A DNA stretch of 48,086 bases, from positions 1 to 48,086 of the forward strand of contig NW_021824663.1 in the NCBI RefSeq assembly GCF_006345805.1. Direction: 5' to 3'. The notes below the pieces were generated by a model, which was not told the DNA's origin, did not search any database, and was given only the letters and a program-made list of their open reading frames with translations. Both the position numbers and the translations under genes were made by a program. Each line of letters starts with the position of its first letter. The first letter of the stretch is position 1. Below are positions 12,626 to 23,899 of the stretch, piece after piece. The DNA is from Octopus sinensis. Its lineage: Eukaryota.

Positions 12626-13335
12626 TATTTCATAAAATTTGCCATTAAGTAGTACATAGAGAGTAAGTTAGCTTTGCGGGCTGGACGAGGACATTAATGA
12701 AATGAATGATAATGAAAGAAGGATGATGGGGATGGTAGAGAAGACAAGAAGCGCCCGCCGACTTCTGCTTCTCTAAAACATTGTTCTTTTTAAAACAAAC
12801 ACAAAACGAGGTATTAAACTTCTTACAATTTTTACAACTTTTCAATTTTTGGACTTAACAGTCCATTACTAACAACAATATGGTTCAATAATTACATATG
12901 ATATAAATACAATACACAAAGCCCCTCCTCCCAGACCTGGCTTACACTTCTCTTAGGAATGCGCCAGCTCTAGGTCGGGGCCCCTCAAGTCGTATCACAA
13001 TTTATGACTCGTCCTCAAAATAACTTGTGCCCGCGTCCTCCACCATCCACCACGCCTCCCTCAGAATGTAATCGAGTTCCGAGTTAGCGTCGCCCGGGAC
13101 CAAGCTATAATCCTCATTGAGCTCCTTCAGCCCAAGCGTCACGTCGAACGCCACGGCCTCCATAGCTACCTGCGGAGGCCATTCGGGGTCCTGTGTGAAG
13201 GCTAAAGGTGCTCCCTTGTGGTGCTTTTCCATCACCTTTTGAATCTCTCCGCCTCTATGGAAGAGGATCAATACATCGTTTTTGCTCGGGTGCGGGATAT
13301 TAAATTCTTTCGTTGGCGGCACAGTTCCCGCCAAC
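12626..13335 (-). mobile_element. 5'-truncated retroposed insertion with 15-bp TSD
   Basis: ggttagcaagctact at 12611-12625 and 13336-13350. Confidence 0.85.
13002..13334 (-). CDS. C-terminal 110-aa fragment of an unidentified protein carried by the insertion
   Basis: Non-repetitive, GC-richer than flanks, frame open from the insertion boundary to a stop; no domain recognised. Confidence 0.5.
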   Translation of the reverse strand: MAGTVPPTKEFNIPHPSKNDVLILFHRGGEIQKVMEKHHKGAPLAFTQDPEWPPQVAMEAVAFDVTLGLKELNEDYSLVPGDANSELDYILREAWWMVEDAGTSYFEDES

Positions 13336-13407
13336 GGTTAGCAAGCTACTCACCACACAGCCACTCCTGCGCCTATCAATCTATCATTTATATATGTATG
13401 TGTATGT

Positions 13408-13614
13408 AAAGTTAATCCAAACATGAAAACACAAAGAGAAAACACGATAACGCGAGGACGTGGAACAAGTATAGTATTATTGGACGCTCAGTAAAGGAAA
13501 TAAAGAAGGCGGGCTTAACGTTTCGAGCGGAGCTCTTCGTCGGAAACATAGGAAAGGAAAGATCCAAAGAAGGAAAGACAGGAAAAAAATCGCCAACGGT
13601 ACACACGCGGTCAC
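13408..13614 (-). mobile_element. PLE-like 3' fragment (family P2) with minimal hammerhead remnant at ~13515-13546
   Basis: Minus: TTT-CCGACGA-A-GAGC tcc GCTC-GAAAC-GTT; homologous to 23385-23580. Confidence 0.65.
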
Positions 13615-13929
13615 GCGCGCACACACACATACACACACACACACATACACATATATATATAATTTAATGTGCGTAGTATAAAGATCCGAGCTGTAAGCAG
13701 TTTCCTACTGTGAAGGCATGTGTGTAAAACAGGCCTATCGTCTTCAAACAATCTCCACTCCGAGCGCATGGTGTATTCTGTTATAAAATCAGGATACTGA
13801 AATATGAAAAATGTGTGTGTGTGCACGTGCGTATGCGTGTGTGTGCGCGCGGGTGCGCATATCTGTGTGTATATGTATGTATAGTTAAAAAAATATGTAA
13901 TACGAGGGCGGATAAAAAGAAATGTAATA

Positions 13930-14040
13930 AGCAGTGTGTATTAGATTCACGCCTGGGAAAAGAGGGGAAAGATGAAGGAAATGTCTTTTACATTTGGACT
14001 ACACACTCTTCTGTAAAGAAGAAAAGACAAGGAGAGAAAA
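13930..14040 (-). mobile_element. Highly decayed P2-like fragment
   Basis: gtgtattagattcacgcctgggaa...gtcttttacattt aligns with 39042-39090. Confidence 0.45.
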
Positions 14041-14247
14041 AAGTGTGTGTATAGTGGGACTGGAGGAAAGAAAGCTTGTGTATATAATCCTCTCAGTATA
14101 TATATATATATATATATATATAATTATATGCATATATGTATATATATATGTATATATATATGTACATATATATATACATATATATATATATGTGGTGTGT
14201 ATGCATATATGTATATATTATACATACACACACACACACACAAACAA

Positions 14248-14278
<31 letters not shown>

Positions 14279-14585
14279 GGAGTACTGGAAAACTGCAAAA
14301 AGAATTTGATGTATTTATTGAACAATTGCGCTTATTTATAAAATGTTACCTTACGGTTGCTGTGTAGAATTTGTTTTGCAGACAATAATTGCGAAACGAT
14401 AGACTTAAGATGACGACAAGGAAGAATAATTTACACTGGTTTTCATACAACATTTCTGAATGGCAACTTTTAGAATGCGTTCGAACTTGCTTTATAATGA
14501 TGTTGGAATGGTGTATAAATGAAATTGTCTAAGCACACAGAATTTGTGGTTTGCTATTTACGTTGTTGAAATTACTTGTGAAATA

Positions 14586-14980
14586 TCTTTATATATAAAA
14601 GTAAGGTTGTGTGTATGTCTCCTACGATTTATATTCCTAACTACTCCCACATTTTGCGGTGGCAGCTTAACCCAACACCGGGTATCTTATAGTCGTGATT
14701 CATATCGAGCCCTCTGGGTATTAGCGCGCCTCTACGATGAGTCACGATTTAAAAAAAAAATACCATAATTTTCCCATTTTAATGCATTTTTCGCTATTAT
14801 ATAAGGGAGTAGTAACTCTCTAAAAATGTCTACGATGAGTCAACGATTTAAAAAAAAAATTTACCATAATTTTTTTTCCATTTTTAATGCATTTTTTTGC
14901 TTTTTTGGCTATAACTCTCTAAAAATGCTTATATAGTTATTTTCCTTACAAATCCGAGCAACGCCGGGTGATACTGCTAG
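14586..14980 (+). mobile_element. Non-autonomous Helitron, complete, with internal ~100-bp duplication
   Basis: 5' TC, 3' CTAG, inserted between A and T, subterminal hairpin-like ccgagcaacgccggg; second copy at 43316. Confidence 0.85.
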
Positions 14981-15069
14981 TATATATATATATATATATA
15001 AACACATACATACATACATACATACATACATACATACATACATACATACATACATACATACATACATAA

Positions 15070-15330
15070 AAGACGTCAGGACCGAAATCTTATTTGTTCG
15101 TTCCCGTCTGGGCTATGAAAGGTCTTTCTATATTTTTGTTGGTCGTAATTTATTCATACCAATATGTAATTCCTGACGAAGAACCTAATTTTTTTATTTC
15201 AAGAAGAGTTTTTCGTTTTTGTCCTTGGAATTAATTAGACTCTGAAACAATTTTTAGATTTTATACTGTAGATTTTATCAAGGTGGATTAAGAATACAAC
15301 TACAATTGTTTTCCTTTCCTTATTCTTCAT
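15070..15330 (+). mobile_element. PLE-like fragment with decayed long-stem-II hammerhead (15173-15255)
   Basis: CTGACGA-AGAacCTAATT...AATTAGacTCT-GAAAC-AATT; flanked by microsatellites. Confidence 0.45.
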
Positions 15331-15334
15331 ATAA

Positions 15335-15401
<67 letters not shown>

Positions 15402-15463
15402 ATATATTTCGTTTTTTTTACTCCTTGATATTATATATACCTTTTACTTTTTTTTACTTCTTT

Positions 15464-15531
15464 TTTATTAAAATTTTATGTATTGATTAAGTCTTTCCGT
15501 TTGTTTTGCAAAATAGTGATTTTGTCTCTAA

Positions 15532-15540
<9 letters not shown>
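15464..15540 (+). mobile_element. Short third copy of the palindrome-arm 3' end
   Basis: tttattaaaattttatgtattgatta...tttgcaaaatagtg..tttgtctctaa matches ~12307-12380. Confidence 0.8.
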
Positions 15541-15582
<42 letters not shown>

Positions 15583-15601
15583 AAATTGTAAGTGTCTATA
15601 T

Positions 15602-16252
15602 CAGTTTTACTCAACCATTTTTCGCGCGTGGATCGCTTTTGATCTCTATTTCACTAAAGTGGACCTCAGAGCCATTCGATGTTTAAAAAATCCTATAATA
15701 TTTTTTCTTTTAGGAGTGGCAAGTAGCTTACTAACCAATCACATGGTTCCGGGTTCAGTCCCACTGCGTGGCATCTTGGGCCAGTTCTTCTCTATAGCCC
15801 CGGCGACCAATGCTTGTGAGTGGATTTGGTAGACAGAACTGAAAGAAGCCCGTCGTATATGATATATAATGTATATGTATGTGTGTTTGTGTGTCTGTGT
15901 TTGTCCCCCTAGCATTGATTGACAACCGATGCTGGTGTGTTTACGTCCCCGTAACTTAGCGGTTCGGCAAAAGAGACCGATAGAATAAGTACTGGGCTTA
16001 CAAAGAATAAGTCCCGGGGTCGATTTTCTCGACTAAAGGTGGTGCTCCTGCATGGCCGCAGTCAAATGACTGAAACAAGTAAAAAAAAAAAAAAGAAGAA
16101 AAAAAAGAGAGTATTATTAGGGATTGTATAAAAAAAGTTGTTAAAAATTCTGTGCATCCTAGAAGCAGAACGAATTCATTGCAGATAGATTTTAACAACA
16201 AAATTTTGTATGAGAACCTAACGCTCATATGGACCCCGGTTAAGAACCCCTG
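15602..16252 (+). mobile_element. hAT-like MITE interrupted by a SINE A
   Basis: TIR-like cagttttactcaacc / ggttaagaacccctg; 8-bp TSD gtctatat / ttctatat; homologues at 40835-41170 and 46602-46850. Confidence 0.65.
15711..16112 (+). mobile_element. SINE A
   Basis: taggagtggc...ggttcagtccc...tgactgaaacaagtaaaa. Confidence 0.9.
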
Positions 16253-16711
16253 TTCTATATAATATGCCATTAACAAGTTAAACCATTAAGAAAATAAGCT
16301 CCCACTTTGAAAATATCTTGACGAATATCGACATATGTAGTTAGGATAAACTTGCAGTCATACGGTGTTTACGTTTTTAAATATTGAGCAGAAACTTCCT
16401 AAATTGTCTGCTTTTGTTGAAAAACTCTGATCTGAGAATCTTACTGAAGTTTATAAATGATATGAAATTTTTCTTGGCATTTCATATTCCAGTGATTTCT
16501 TTTGTTCTACTTCTATTTACATTTGTTACAGAATATTCACTTTTACATCTGATGTAGAACCGCACTTTTTCTAATTCCAAACATTTCGCAATTTATTAAT
16601 TGCACATCGGATAACATAGTTACGTTCCTATTTTACATGTTTTGAATGAAGAAGTACGGTTGAAATATATTCATTCAAATTCACCTTCCGACATAAATAT
16701 AACCCTCAGTA

Positions 16712-17113
16712 TACTCTTTTACTCTTTTACTTGTTTCAGTCATTTGACTGCGGCCATGCTGGAGCACCGCCTTTAGTCGAGCAAATCGGGACACCGGGAC
16801 TTATTCTTGTAAGCCCAGTACTTTTCTATCGGTCTATTTTGCCGAACCGCTAAGTGACGGGGACGTAAACACACCAGCATCGGTTGTCAAGCAATGCTAG
16901 GGGCCAAACACAGACACACAAAAACAACACACACAATACATATATAATATAACATATATACGACAGGCTTCTTTCAGTTTCCGTCTACCAAATCCACTCA
17001 CAAGGCATTGGTCAGCCTGGGGCTGTAGCAAAAGACACTTGCCCAAGATGTCACGTAGTGGGACTGAACCCGGAACCATGTGGTTGGTTAGCAAGCTACT
17101 TACCACACAGCCA
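16712..17113 (-). mobile_element. SINE A
   Basis: Full body match to other copies. Confidence 0.9.
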
Positions 17114-17432
17114 ATACCTCAACAGCAAGATAATTAAATTTGGTGTTGCATGACGAGTCTATAGAGCAGTAGACTTTTGTTTCCGCATGGGCCCGAGAGG
17201 CGAAAATAAAAATATTGATGAGTACTTTGTGTAACTGAAGATATTCTTGCATATATATATATATATATTATATATATATATAAACACATATTGACTGTCG
17301 AAAAGACTCAAAATCCTCGTTTACACTGATGCTGAGTTCAAGATCATCGTATGATAATGCATGAGAAAACTTCATGTATGCATGTATGTATATATATATA
17401 TATACATATGTATATATATATATATAATTATA

Positions 17433-17465
<33 letters not shown>

Positions 17466-17468
<3 letters not shown>

Positions 17469-17935
17469 GAATACAAAAAAATGGATAACAAAACATCCAG
17501 ACATGATACAAAAAAAGGGACACGAAAAATCACGGAGTTTCTTTCCTCAGTCGAGTCAAGATTATCTTTGCAATTTCGGCTGGTTATACTCGAGATTGCT
17601 CCTATCTGGCCAGCACCAAGGTAAAGCTAAGCTGAGAGAGTATTAGATTCCTATGAAGAAAGCAGCGAATGTATACGAAAACAAAGACGAAAAAAAACCG
17701 GAGAAATGGTACACAAATACAAATGTAACTAACAGCTGTCTTTCGACTAAGGGTGAATTAAATGAAGCTGGCGTGTGTGGAAGTGAAGCCTTACGGCAGG
17801 GAAATAAGTGATGACAGGCAGGGGGGATATAGATGTTGCACGGATGGTAGTCGAACCAAGACAGAAAGATCAGGCTTTCTTCCTCATGCCAGTCATCTCT
17901 TATTTCCTCCCCATATCTGTCATCTCTTATTTATA
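17466..17935 (-). mobile_element. Repeat family X (PLE-like architecture), copy 1
   Basis: Homologous over ~400 bp to 29547-29960 on the opposite strand; abuts (TA)n; short inverted segments at its 5' end. Confidence 0.75.
17544..17615 (-). ncRNA. Candidate permuted/pseudoknotted hammerhead-like ribozyme
   Basis: Minus: GCTGG CCAGATA gga GCAAT C TCGAGT ataa CCAGCC GAA ATTGC aaagat AATCTTG ACTCGA CTGAGGA. Confidence 0.55.
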
Positions 17936-17939
17936 TTGA

Positions 17940-18280
17940 AACCACTTGATTCCGGGTTCACTCCCACTGTGTGTCACCTTGGGCTAGTGCCATCTACTAC
18001 AGCCTCTGGCCGACCAAAGTCTCGTAGATGCAAACTGAAAGAAATATCTGTGTGTGTATCTGTCTGTTTGTGTGTGTGTCTTTGTGTCAGTGTTTGTCTC
18101 CCACCACCGTTTGACGACCGGTGTTGGCTTGTTTACATCTCGGTAACTTAGCGGTTCGGCAAATTAGACCAATAGAATAAGTACCAGTTCTGAGGTCGAT
18201 TCATGCGAGTAAAGAAACGAAATTCTTCAAAATGGTGCCCCAGCATTGCCGCAGTCTAAATAACAAACAAGTAAAAGATG
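17940..18280 (+). mobile_element. Old, diverged SINE A-related copy
   Basis: ttccgggttcactcccactg...accttgggc...gtaacttagcggttcggcaaa...cagcattgccgcagtc. Confidence 0.75.
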
Positions 18281-18875
18281 AAAAAATAAACAATCATGGT
18301 TTCTTTCTTTGTATTTTATTTAGATTTGTTTTGTTCTATTCAATACTTTTTTTTATGTCTTCAAGCTTTATTGAGATGTTAATAATCTCTGAGGAATATT
18401 TTATTTATCTAAATCCACTTCACCATAAACAAAGAAAGAAAGAAAAAAAAAGAAAATCCAATACTATCGAGGAGAAGGATAAAGAAAGGAAAAAAAAAAT
18501 AATCAAACCCAAATAAGCATCTGCGATCCCATTAGAAGACATAATCCTTATCTTGAAGATAGGCATAAATCTAATACCTAGATCGCCTGCACGTCCAGGT
18601 TAAGTCAAACGATATTTTAGTACTTTCGTATTTCTGGTTCAAGAATGGACTTTCGAATGCATTGTATAGAATTCCTTTCGCTTCCGTTCTTGAACTTTTG
18701 CCATGGTTAGCTTCGGATGAATACACACATAATCTTGCGACTATGTATTATCAGATCATTGTCAAGTAGAAGAAATCTTTCCTTTATTTCTTCAGAACTG
18801 TTTCGGCTTTATGAGGTTTTCTTTATTGCTGATGCTGTTGTAGTAGTTGTTGCTTTTGTGCTTGTTGTTGCTGCT

Positions 18876-18943
<68 letters not shown>

Positions 18944-19029
18944 GGATCATCATCATTATCATCATCATTGTTCTTGTTCTTGTTGCTGTTGTTATCGTCG
19001 CTGCTGTTATCGTTGCTGTTGTTGCTGTT

Positions 19030-19195
19030 AGAAAAATGTTTGGCAGTATTTGTTCCGGCTCTTTAGTTCCTGAGTTCAAGTTTCGTCAAGGTCAAGTTTT
19101 GCCTTTCAGCATTCCGAGTCGACGATATAAAGTAACAATAGTAATATTGTATCTTACTAACCGAAACCTCTTAAAATGTCAGGCCTTTATTCTAG

Positions 19196-19236
<41 letters not shown>

Positions 19237-19388
19237 TTCGTCCATCTTCTCACGCTCTGAGTCCAAATTGCGCAGGGTTCGATTTGCCTTTCATCCTTTT
19301 GGGGTGTACCAGTGAAACATTGGGGTCTATGTAATTGACTAGTCTCCTCCCACCAAATTTCAAGCCTTGTGCCTATATTAAAAGGGTT
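19030..19388 (+). mobile_element. Two partial SINE B copies separated by (CAT)n
   Basis: tgagttcaagtttcgtcaaggtcaagttttgcctttca and ctgagtccaaattg...gcctttcatccttttggggt...caaatttcaagccttgtgcc. Confidence 0.7.
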
Positions 19389-19408
19389 ATTATTATTATT
19401 ATTATTAT

Positions 19409-20000
19409 TGAGTGAGAGAGCAGTGCATGCCACCAAAGTGACACTGGGGTAAAATATACGAAGCCCAATATACCCATCATGACTACCCGTCTGATAAGGG
19501 CACACCAGGCACATGCATCACAACCATATGTGCGCGACATGGTGATCTCATATCAAGATAAACAGCACATGACCTTGCAGGTGGGGCCCAGTTAGAATTT
19601 TCTTCAGGTTGAGTAGCCCATCCCGCTCAAACGGTCCCTGAATAAGGGTTGTTTAAGGATGTTGAAAGAACCACCCTGTTTCCAGAGTGAACTATTCAAA
19701 CCCCAAAGAATCCCTCTCAACACATGCTATGATGCTCCCCCACTACTTCTGCTCGTGATCAGAGATGCACATATCGTCAGCCACTAAGGGAAATGCTCAA
19801 CTGGTTAGGTCAACAACTGACAAGCAAATCTGTGGTATTGAGCAGAATATTTGCTGTAGCCCATCTTTATACCAAGACAAAACAATGTACATGATAACAC
19901 TTCCAATCAGTTAAGATCAGAAGCCATGAGAGCCACTGCCTGGTACTGCATCAGGGCATTTACCTGGTACTGCATCAGCATTGCCTGGTACTGCATCAGG

Positions 20001-20004
<4 letters not shown>
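19409..20004 (-). mobile_element. ~600-bp non-coding element embedded in (TAA)n, with a triplicated terminal ~21-mer
   Basis: Complex sequence with (TTA)n on both sides; cctggtactgcatcag occurs three times at 19939-19999; orientation inferred. Confidence 0.55.
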
Positions 20005-20040
<36 letters not shown>

Positions 20041-20121
20041 TATTATTATTATTATATTACTATTATTATTATTATTATTATTATCATTATATTACTTATT
20101 ATTAATTATTATTATTATTCA

Positions 20122-20288
20122 GTCGGCGAGCTGGCAGTCGTTAGCGCGCTTACGAAATGTTTAGCGTTCAATTCTGCGAGGTCGAATTTGGGCTTCATCC
20201 TTTCGGGGTCGAAAAAAAGTACCAGTTGAACACTGGGGTCGACTCATCTCCTTCCGCAAATGGCTTCCCTTGTTGCAAAATCTGAAAA
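20122..20288 (+). mobile_element. Diverged SINE B
   Basis: gtcggcgagctggcag...ttcatcctttcggggtcga...agtaccagttgaacactggggtcga. Confidence 0.8.
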
Positions 20289-20289
20289 C

Positions 20290-20327
20290 ATCATCATTAC
20301 TATTATTATTATTATTATTATTAATTA

Positions 20328-20415
<88 letters not shown>

Positions 20416-20473
20416 CTATCATATCAAATTATTATTATTATTCTTATTATTATTATCTTATTATTATTATCAT

Positions 20474-20504
<31 letters not shown>

Positions 20505-20591
20505 TATATATTATTATTATCATATATTATCATTATTATTATTATTATTATTTCATTATCATTATCATATCATTATTCATTATTATTATTA

Positions 20592-20643
<52 letters not shown>

Positions 20644-20665
20644 TATTATTATCATTATCATCATG
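20290..20665. repeat. (TTA)/(TCA)n microsatellite
   Basis: Direct inspection. Confidence 0.95.
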
Positions 20666-21179
20666 TACAAACTCTGGCCTAAAATTTGGTACAAGCATAC
20701 AAAGTGAAACAAAAGATAGAAGGAAATAAGTGAATAAATATAAAAAAATTAAAATATGAGAATGAATAAAAAAAAATAACGATAAAAATCAATGGAATGA
20801 AATAAACTGAACGAAAATCCTAAAGGTAAAATGCATCCTAAATGAGCAAAAGAGGCGCGATAGTAAAACGAACGAAGGAAAAATGATGTAGAAAGACTTG
20901 TGTTTTGGATAGTGAGGGGTGGGGGTGAGGGGAGGAAAATAAGAGAAAGAAGGAAGGGAAGAAAGAACCGTATGATAGTAACTAATACAATAACTATAGG
21001 ATTGATCGAGTAATATAGTCAATTAATTTATGGGGAGAAATCACCGAAGATTTATGAGAAGTTCCCTGACAAGAACGCTGCCAATTGGCAAATAAGTAGA
21101 TAAAGAAACAGCAAATTGTCTCAGATGCGTGTATATAAATATACCTCTCCTAATATATATCTATATCTATATATATATA

Positions 21180-21274
<95 letters not shown>

Positions 21275-21889
21275 TCTCGTACATCCTGTGCGTGTTCATG
21301 CGTATATATATATGTATGTATACACGCACACATATATATATTCGAATATGAATGTAAATACGCATGCGCACATACACATATGCGTACAGACAAGCGGAGA
21401 GAGACAGGCAGGCAGGCATAAATATATAGTGACAGTAATTTAGCGTGGAAACATCTTGATAACAAAGTATTTTCTTCATTTACGTTCTAACCTCCAACCA
21501 CAATTCATCAGAATTTTGCTTTTTATCGAATTGTCTGCTGCAAAAGTCACAGACCATCTGTATGAGTCTTCAATATCCTCTGATTCTATTAGATAATACA
21601 ATATGCTTAGACGGAATTTTCTTTTATGGAATTTTCTTTATAAGAAAAATGGCCGCTAAATGACAACGTCCGAATACTTTATACACACTGATAAATCAGG
21701 TAGACGTTAGATGCGTATCGGTGTAGAAACGTTCATAAACTCGTGACAATTTCTCTTCTGAATCACCTCGTTCAAAGTTCGATCTCACTGTAAGCTGTAC
21801 CAGGAATGATAGCTTTAATAACGAAATGCAAAATATTCAGCTGGCGTAAAATTAAAAAATGCACAGCCTTCTATCTACCTATCTATCTA

Positions 21890-22221
21890 TCTTGGGCATC
21901 TTGGGCAAGTGTCTTCTGCTATAGCCCCGGGCCGACCAATGCCTTGTGAGTGGATTTGGTAGACGGAAACTGAAAGAAGCCTGTCGTATATATGTATATA
22001 TGTATGTGTGTGTATATGTTTGTGTGTCTGTGTGTGTCCCCCTAGCATTGCTTGACAACCGATGCTGGTGTGTTTACTTCCCCGTCAATTAGCGGTTCGG
22101 CAAAAGAGACCTATAGAATAAGTACTGGGCTTGCAAAGAATAAGTCCCGGGGTCGTGTTGCTCAACTAAAGGCGGTGCTCCAGCGTGGCCGCAGTCAACT
22201 GACTGAAACAAGTAAAAGAGT
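21890..22221 (+). mobile_element. SINE A, 5'-truncated
   Basis: ggcatcttgggcaagtgtctt...gactgaaacaagtaaaagagta. Confidence 0.9.
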
Positions 22222-22257
22222 ATACACACGCATGCACACTCACATATACATATATAG

Positions 22258-22465
22258 ATTTCAAATTTTGGTAAAAGGCCAGCAATTTCTGGAGACTGAA
22301 TAATTTGATTACATCGACACCAGCACTCAAATGTTACTGATTTTATCGACCCTGAAAAGATGTAAATGCAACGCGAATCTCGACAGGATTTGAACTTAGA
22401 AGGTGAAGTCGGAAGAAATGTCGTTCAGCATTTTGTGCGACGTACTAACGATTTTGTCAACTCGA
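22258..22465 (-). mobile_element. Diverged SINE B, tail type 1
   Basis: tttcaaattttggtaaaaggccagcaattt...ttatcgaccctgaaaagatg...aacgattttgtcaactcg. Confidence 0.75.
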
Positions 22466-22505
22466 GTTATATTATACATATGCATATATATATTATATAT
22501 ATATA

Positions 22506-22568
<63 letters not shown>

Positions 22569-22665
22569 ATATATAGTAAGTAGTAGTACTATATATATAC
22601 TTATATCGCACCCACCCATATTATATATATAATATATGTTGTGTGTGTGTGTTGTGTGTGTGTAT

Positions 22666-22967
22666 GTGGAGCGCAATGGCCCAGTGATTAGGGCAGCGAA
22701 CTCGTGGTCGTAGGATCGCGGTTTCGACTCCCAGACCGGGCGTTATGAGTGTTTATTGAGCGAAAACACCTAAAGTTCCACGAGGCTCCGGCAGGGGGTG
22801 GTGGCGATCCCTGCTGTATAACTTTCTCTCACTCTTTCTTCTGTTGGCCTGCTCGCTTAGCCAGCGGGGTGGCGTCATTTGAAGGCTAAAAGCAATGCGA
22901 AGCGCATTGTGACCAGCGATGTATAGCAACATCTGATAGCCTGGTCGGTCACGGTGATCACGGTGAT
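22666..22967 (+). mobile_element. SINE family C2
   Basis: Head as in C1; tail ...gaaggctaaaagcaatgcgaagcgcattgtgaccagcgatg...cggtcacggtgatcacggtgat. Confidence 0.9.
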
Positions 22968-22993
22968 ATATGTATGTATATATATATATATAT

Positions 22994-23054
22994 GATAAAA
23001 CTCCGAGTTTCGGATGTGGGGGCGGTGACCCACGCCACTATATCTTCAGTTGTC
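22994..23054 (-). ncRNA. Type I hammerhead motif in a PLE-like fragment (~22994-23250)
   Basis: Minus: GACAA-CTGAAGA-...-GAAAC-TCGGA-GTT-TTATC. Confidence 0.65.
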
Positions 23055-23384
23055 CGGCCATCGTAAAAATCCTATGAAAATGACTGTCAGAGTGTACGTT
23101 TAAAAAAAGGTGAGAGCGTGTTGCACGGATGCTTGGAGTGAAATGCCCTGCGTGAACACACCGTAAGGACTACCAAAGGTGTCGGTTAAAAAGTCAGGGC
23201 TGGTGGGGGTCGAAGCTTACCTGTTCTTTTTTTAACCTCATACTGTTTTTATATATGTATGTATATATGTGTGTGTGTATATGAATAAATGTATAGAAAC
23301 ACACACACATTTATACATACACACATATAAATATATATGTGCGTGTATATATATATATAAATATATACGTATATATATATTCAA

Positions 23385-23580
23385 AGTGTGACCGGGTGTG
23401 TACCGTTGGAGATTTTTTCCTCCGTCTTCCCTTCTTTGGATCTTTCCTTTTCCTATGTTTTTGACGAAGAGCTCCGCTCGAAACGTTAAACCCTCCTTCT
23501 TTCCTTCTTTCCTGAGCGTCCAATAATACTATACTTGTTCCACGTCCTTGCGTTGTTTTTTTTTGTGTTTGGATTAACTA
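23385..23580 (+). mobile_element. PLE-like 3' fragment (family P2) with minimal hammerhead remnant at ~23458-23490
   Basis: TTT-TTGACGA-A-GAGC tcc GCTC-GAAAC-GTT-AAA, then gagcgtccaataatac; flanked by (TA)n. Confidence 0.65.
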
Positions 23581-23842
23581 TATATATATATATATATATA
23601 ATATATATATAATTATATTATATAAATGCATCATGCACACATGCACACATGCACTCAAACATCCGCACACGCGCACATATAAATGCACATATGTATGTTA
23701 TACACGAAATGGAGTTTTGTCTGTGCTAATTCCTCCTATGTTTTAGAATAATATATTTTCCCAACTCTTGTTCATTTGTCGGCACTATAATTCATGTCTA
23801 CATCCTGACTGACAAATATATACCCCTAACAAAACTTCGCCA

Positions 23843-23899
<57 letters not shown>

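Larger units (their letters stand above)
11170..13374 (-). mobile_element. SINE A copy split by two nested insertions (11457-12478 and 12626-13335)
   Basis: Tail half 11170-11400, middle 12485-12625 and head end 13336-13374 join into one colinear SINE A. Confidence 0.9.

Noticed and set aside
17544-17615. HDV-like, twister or pistol assignment for the family X pseudoknot
   Set aside because: I could not place their conserved core nucleotides, whereas the hammerhead core segments all fit
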